Below are positions 62,828 to 64,000 of a stretch of DNA of 64,000 nt, piece after piece. The stretch spans positions 526,790-590,789 of the forward strand of contig CP064998.1 of the NCBI GenBank assembly GCA_016700035.1. Direction: 5' to 3'. The position numbers and the translations under genes were made by a program. Position 1 is the stretch's first letter. Each line of letters opens with the position of its first letter. Under the pieces are notes generated by a model. The model saw only the letters and a list, made by a program, of their open reading frames with translations. It did not search any database and was not told the DNA's origin. Source of the DNA: a bacterium. GTDB lineage: Bacteria > Patescibacteriota > Saccharimonadia > CAILAD01 > GCA-016700035.

Positions 62828-63580
62828 TTATTTCTTAGCTTCAGCTTTTTCGTCAAAGCTCACATCAACTGGTTTTTCAGCAGCCGCTCGTTCACTCTCT
62901 GATACTTCAAAGAATTCATACGGTGTGAAGCCAAGAGACTTAGCAAACATATTAGTTGGAAAAACCTTTAGCTTAATATTAAAGTCACGCACATTACCAT
63001 TGTAGAAACGGCGAGAGGCTTGAATCTTATCTTCAGTATCAACTAGCTCTTGCTGTAATTGTAAAAAATTCTCGTTCGCCTTGAGGTCTGGGTAGTTTTC
63101 CGACACCGCAAACAAGCTCTTTAGCGCACCGGATAGCATATTATCAGCTTCAGCCTGCTTAGAGAGATCGCCATCGGGAGCAGCCATAGCCAGATTACGA
63201 GCCTTAGTTACTTCAGTGAGGACAGACTTTTCATGCTTAGCATAGCCTTTTACTGACTCCACTAAGTTTGGAATCAGATCCAAGCGTCGCTTCATCTGCA
63301 CTGTAATATCAGAGAGCGCCTCATCGCTGCGGGTATGCGCTTTAACTAGTCCATTATAGGTCATCCAGAGCCAAATAGCCCCAATTGCCACAACTGCTAA
63401 AATAATATAAACAATCAGCATCAATAAATCCTTTCTTTTGCCCTCATTATAGACTAAGGTTCGATAAAATAGAATGGAGGCACCTACCGGAATTGAACCG
63501 GTGTACGCGGTTTTGCAGACCGCTGCGTAACCACTCCGCCAAGGTGCCAGTATTTTTGACGTGCGCCCATTATACCGCAT
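62828..63580 (-). CDS. lemA: LemA family protein. True start almost certainly the internal Met at about 63420, because the N-terminal 53 codons of the ORF overlap tRNA-Cys.
   Basis: An N-terminal TM helix (MLIVYIILAVVAIGAIWLW) followed by the LemA-like region NGLVKAHTRSDEALSDI. An htpX neighbour is a conserved pairing. Confidence 0.7.
   Translation of the reverse strand: MRYNGRTSKILAPWRSGYAAVCKTAYTGSIPVGASILFYRTLVYNEGKRKDLLMLIVYIILAVVAIGAIWLWMTYNGLVKAHTRSDEALSDITVQMKRRLDLIPNLVESVKGYAKHEKSVLTEVTKARNLAMAAPDGDLSKQAEADNMLSGALKSLFAVSENYPDLKANENFLQLQQELVDTEDKIQASRRFYNGNVRDFNIKLKVFPTNMFAKSLGFTPYEFFEVSESERAAAEKPVDVSFDEKAEAKK
63475..63548 (-). tRNA. tRNA-Cys (anticodon GCA), 74 nt incl. CCA
   Basis: It was folded by hand. 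The acceptor stem is GGCACCT/AGGTGCC. The anticodon stem is GCGGT/ACCGC with loop CTGCAAA. The T-loop is TTCAATT. Confidence 0.8.
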
Positions 63581-63809
63581 CAGGTATGCAACATTGAAAT
63601 TTTCGTAAAAATCAGCTACGATATTTCAGTTATCATGCACCTTTAGACAAAGAGTTTTTCTCTCAAATTTTCGAGCTAGGCGCTTTATGTCAGTACTTTT
63701 ACTGGATTAAAGCGAGCAATACAAAGTTACTAGGAAATTTATAGAGACAAAATGCATGACGCGCAGTACGTCGGCCAAGCCGAATGCGCAACAGGATGCA
63801 TTTAGATGA

Positions 63810-63885
63810 GGCACCTTAGCTCAGTTGGTAGAGCGACGGCCTGAAGAGCCGTGCGTCGTTGGTTCGATTCCAACAGGTGCCACCA
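63810..63885 (+). tRNA. tRNA-Phe (anticodon GAA), 76 nt incl. CCA
   Basis: The D-arm is GCTCAGTTGGTAGAGC. The anticodon stem is ACGGC/GCCGT with loop CTGAAGA. The T-arm is GGTTCGATTCC. The acceptor stem is GGCACCT/AGGTGCC. Confidence 0.88.
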
Positions 63886-64000
63886 AAAATGTGCATACTT
63901 TTTTCTATAATGTAGAAATACTTAAAACTAAACACTAAACACTCGTAACGAGTAACTCTTATTACGATTCAACGAAAATTGTTTCAAGTATTAAATAAGG

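Noticed and set aside
63421-63580. N-terminal 53 codons of the LemA ORF (MRYNGRTSK...)
   Set aside because: This segment is the reverse complement of tRNA-Cys (63475-63548). The real LemA start is the Met that begins the TM helix (MLIVYIILAV...) at about 63420. My nucleotide count and the track frame disagreed by 1 nt at this Met, so treat the coordinate as +/-1.

Overview
This 64-kb window is almost entirely core housekeeping genes from a small, gene-dense bacterial genome with roughly 45% GC by eye. Gene content and order suggest a CPR/Patescibacteria-like, possibly Saccharibacteria-like, lineage, but that is inference only. Supporting observations are that rpoB-rpoC-rpsL-rpsG are fused, there is no rimP/infB around nusA, L19 and L24 carry tail extensions, and many mRNAs look leaderless.

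Core genes, mostly on the minus strand:
- Positions 1-6042 hold the S10-spc ribosomal cluster (partial rpsN, then rplE through rplC).
- rpsJ, tuf and fusA follow, with two interruptions described below.
- Then rpsG, rpsL, rpoC and rpoB.
- Further along are an MFS transporter, tig-clpP, ldcA, rsmD, a Zn-dependent PLC/P1-nuclease-like gene, recG and tyrS.
- A PBP1 gene sits on the plus strand.
- Next come PIN/TRAM(yacL)-radA-clpC, nusA, rnhB-yraN, rplS, a gmk-like gene and dnaE.
- The last stretch holds a YtxH/DUF948/MscS stress cluster, gatC-gatA-(small HEPN-like gene)-gatB, ligA, htpX and lemA.
- There are three tRNAs: Leu-TAG, Cys-GCA and Phe-GAA.

I found no rRNA, CRISPR array, transposase or integrase.

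The accessory or unusual content is:
- A roughly 2-kb GC-elevated gene cassette inserted inside the str operon between rpsG and fusA. It carries a wHTH-Nudix fusion, two small Cys/His-rich proteins and a hypothetical. It sits next to an ABC-F translation-factor gene.
- A plus-strand gene that breaks the rpsJ-rplC junction.
- Three tandem paralogous small genes, each with its own SD, and two with near-identical terminators, between rnhB-yraN and rplS.
- A two-gene GC-rich plus-strand cassette upstream of rplS.
- A membrane-anchored protein with an Rx4H (HEPN-like) motif, translationally coupled inside gatCAB.
- At least eight genes with a -10 hexamer only 6-11 nt upstream of the ATG, suggesting leaderless mRNAs.

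All functional calls come from motif recognition by eye. No database searches were run.
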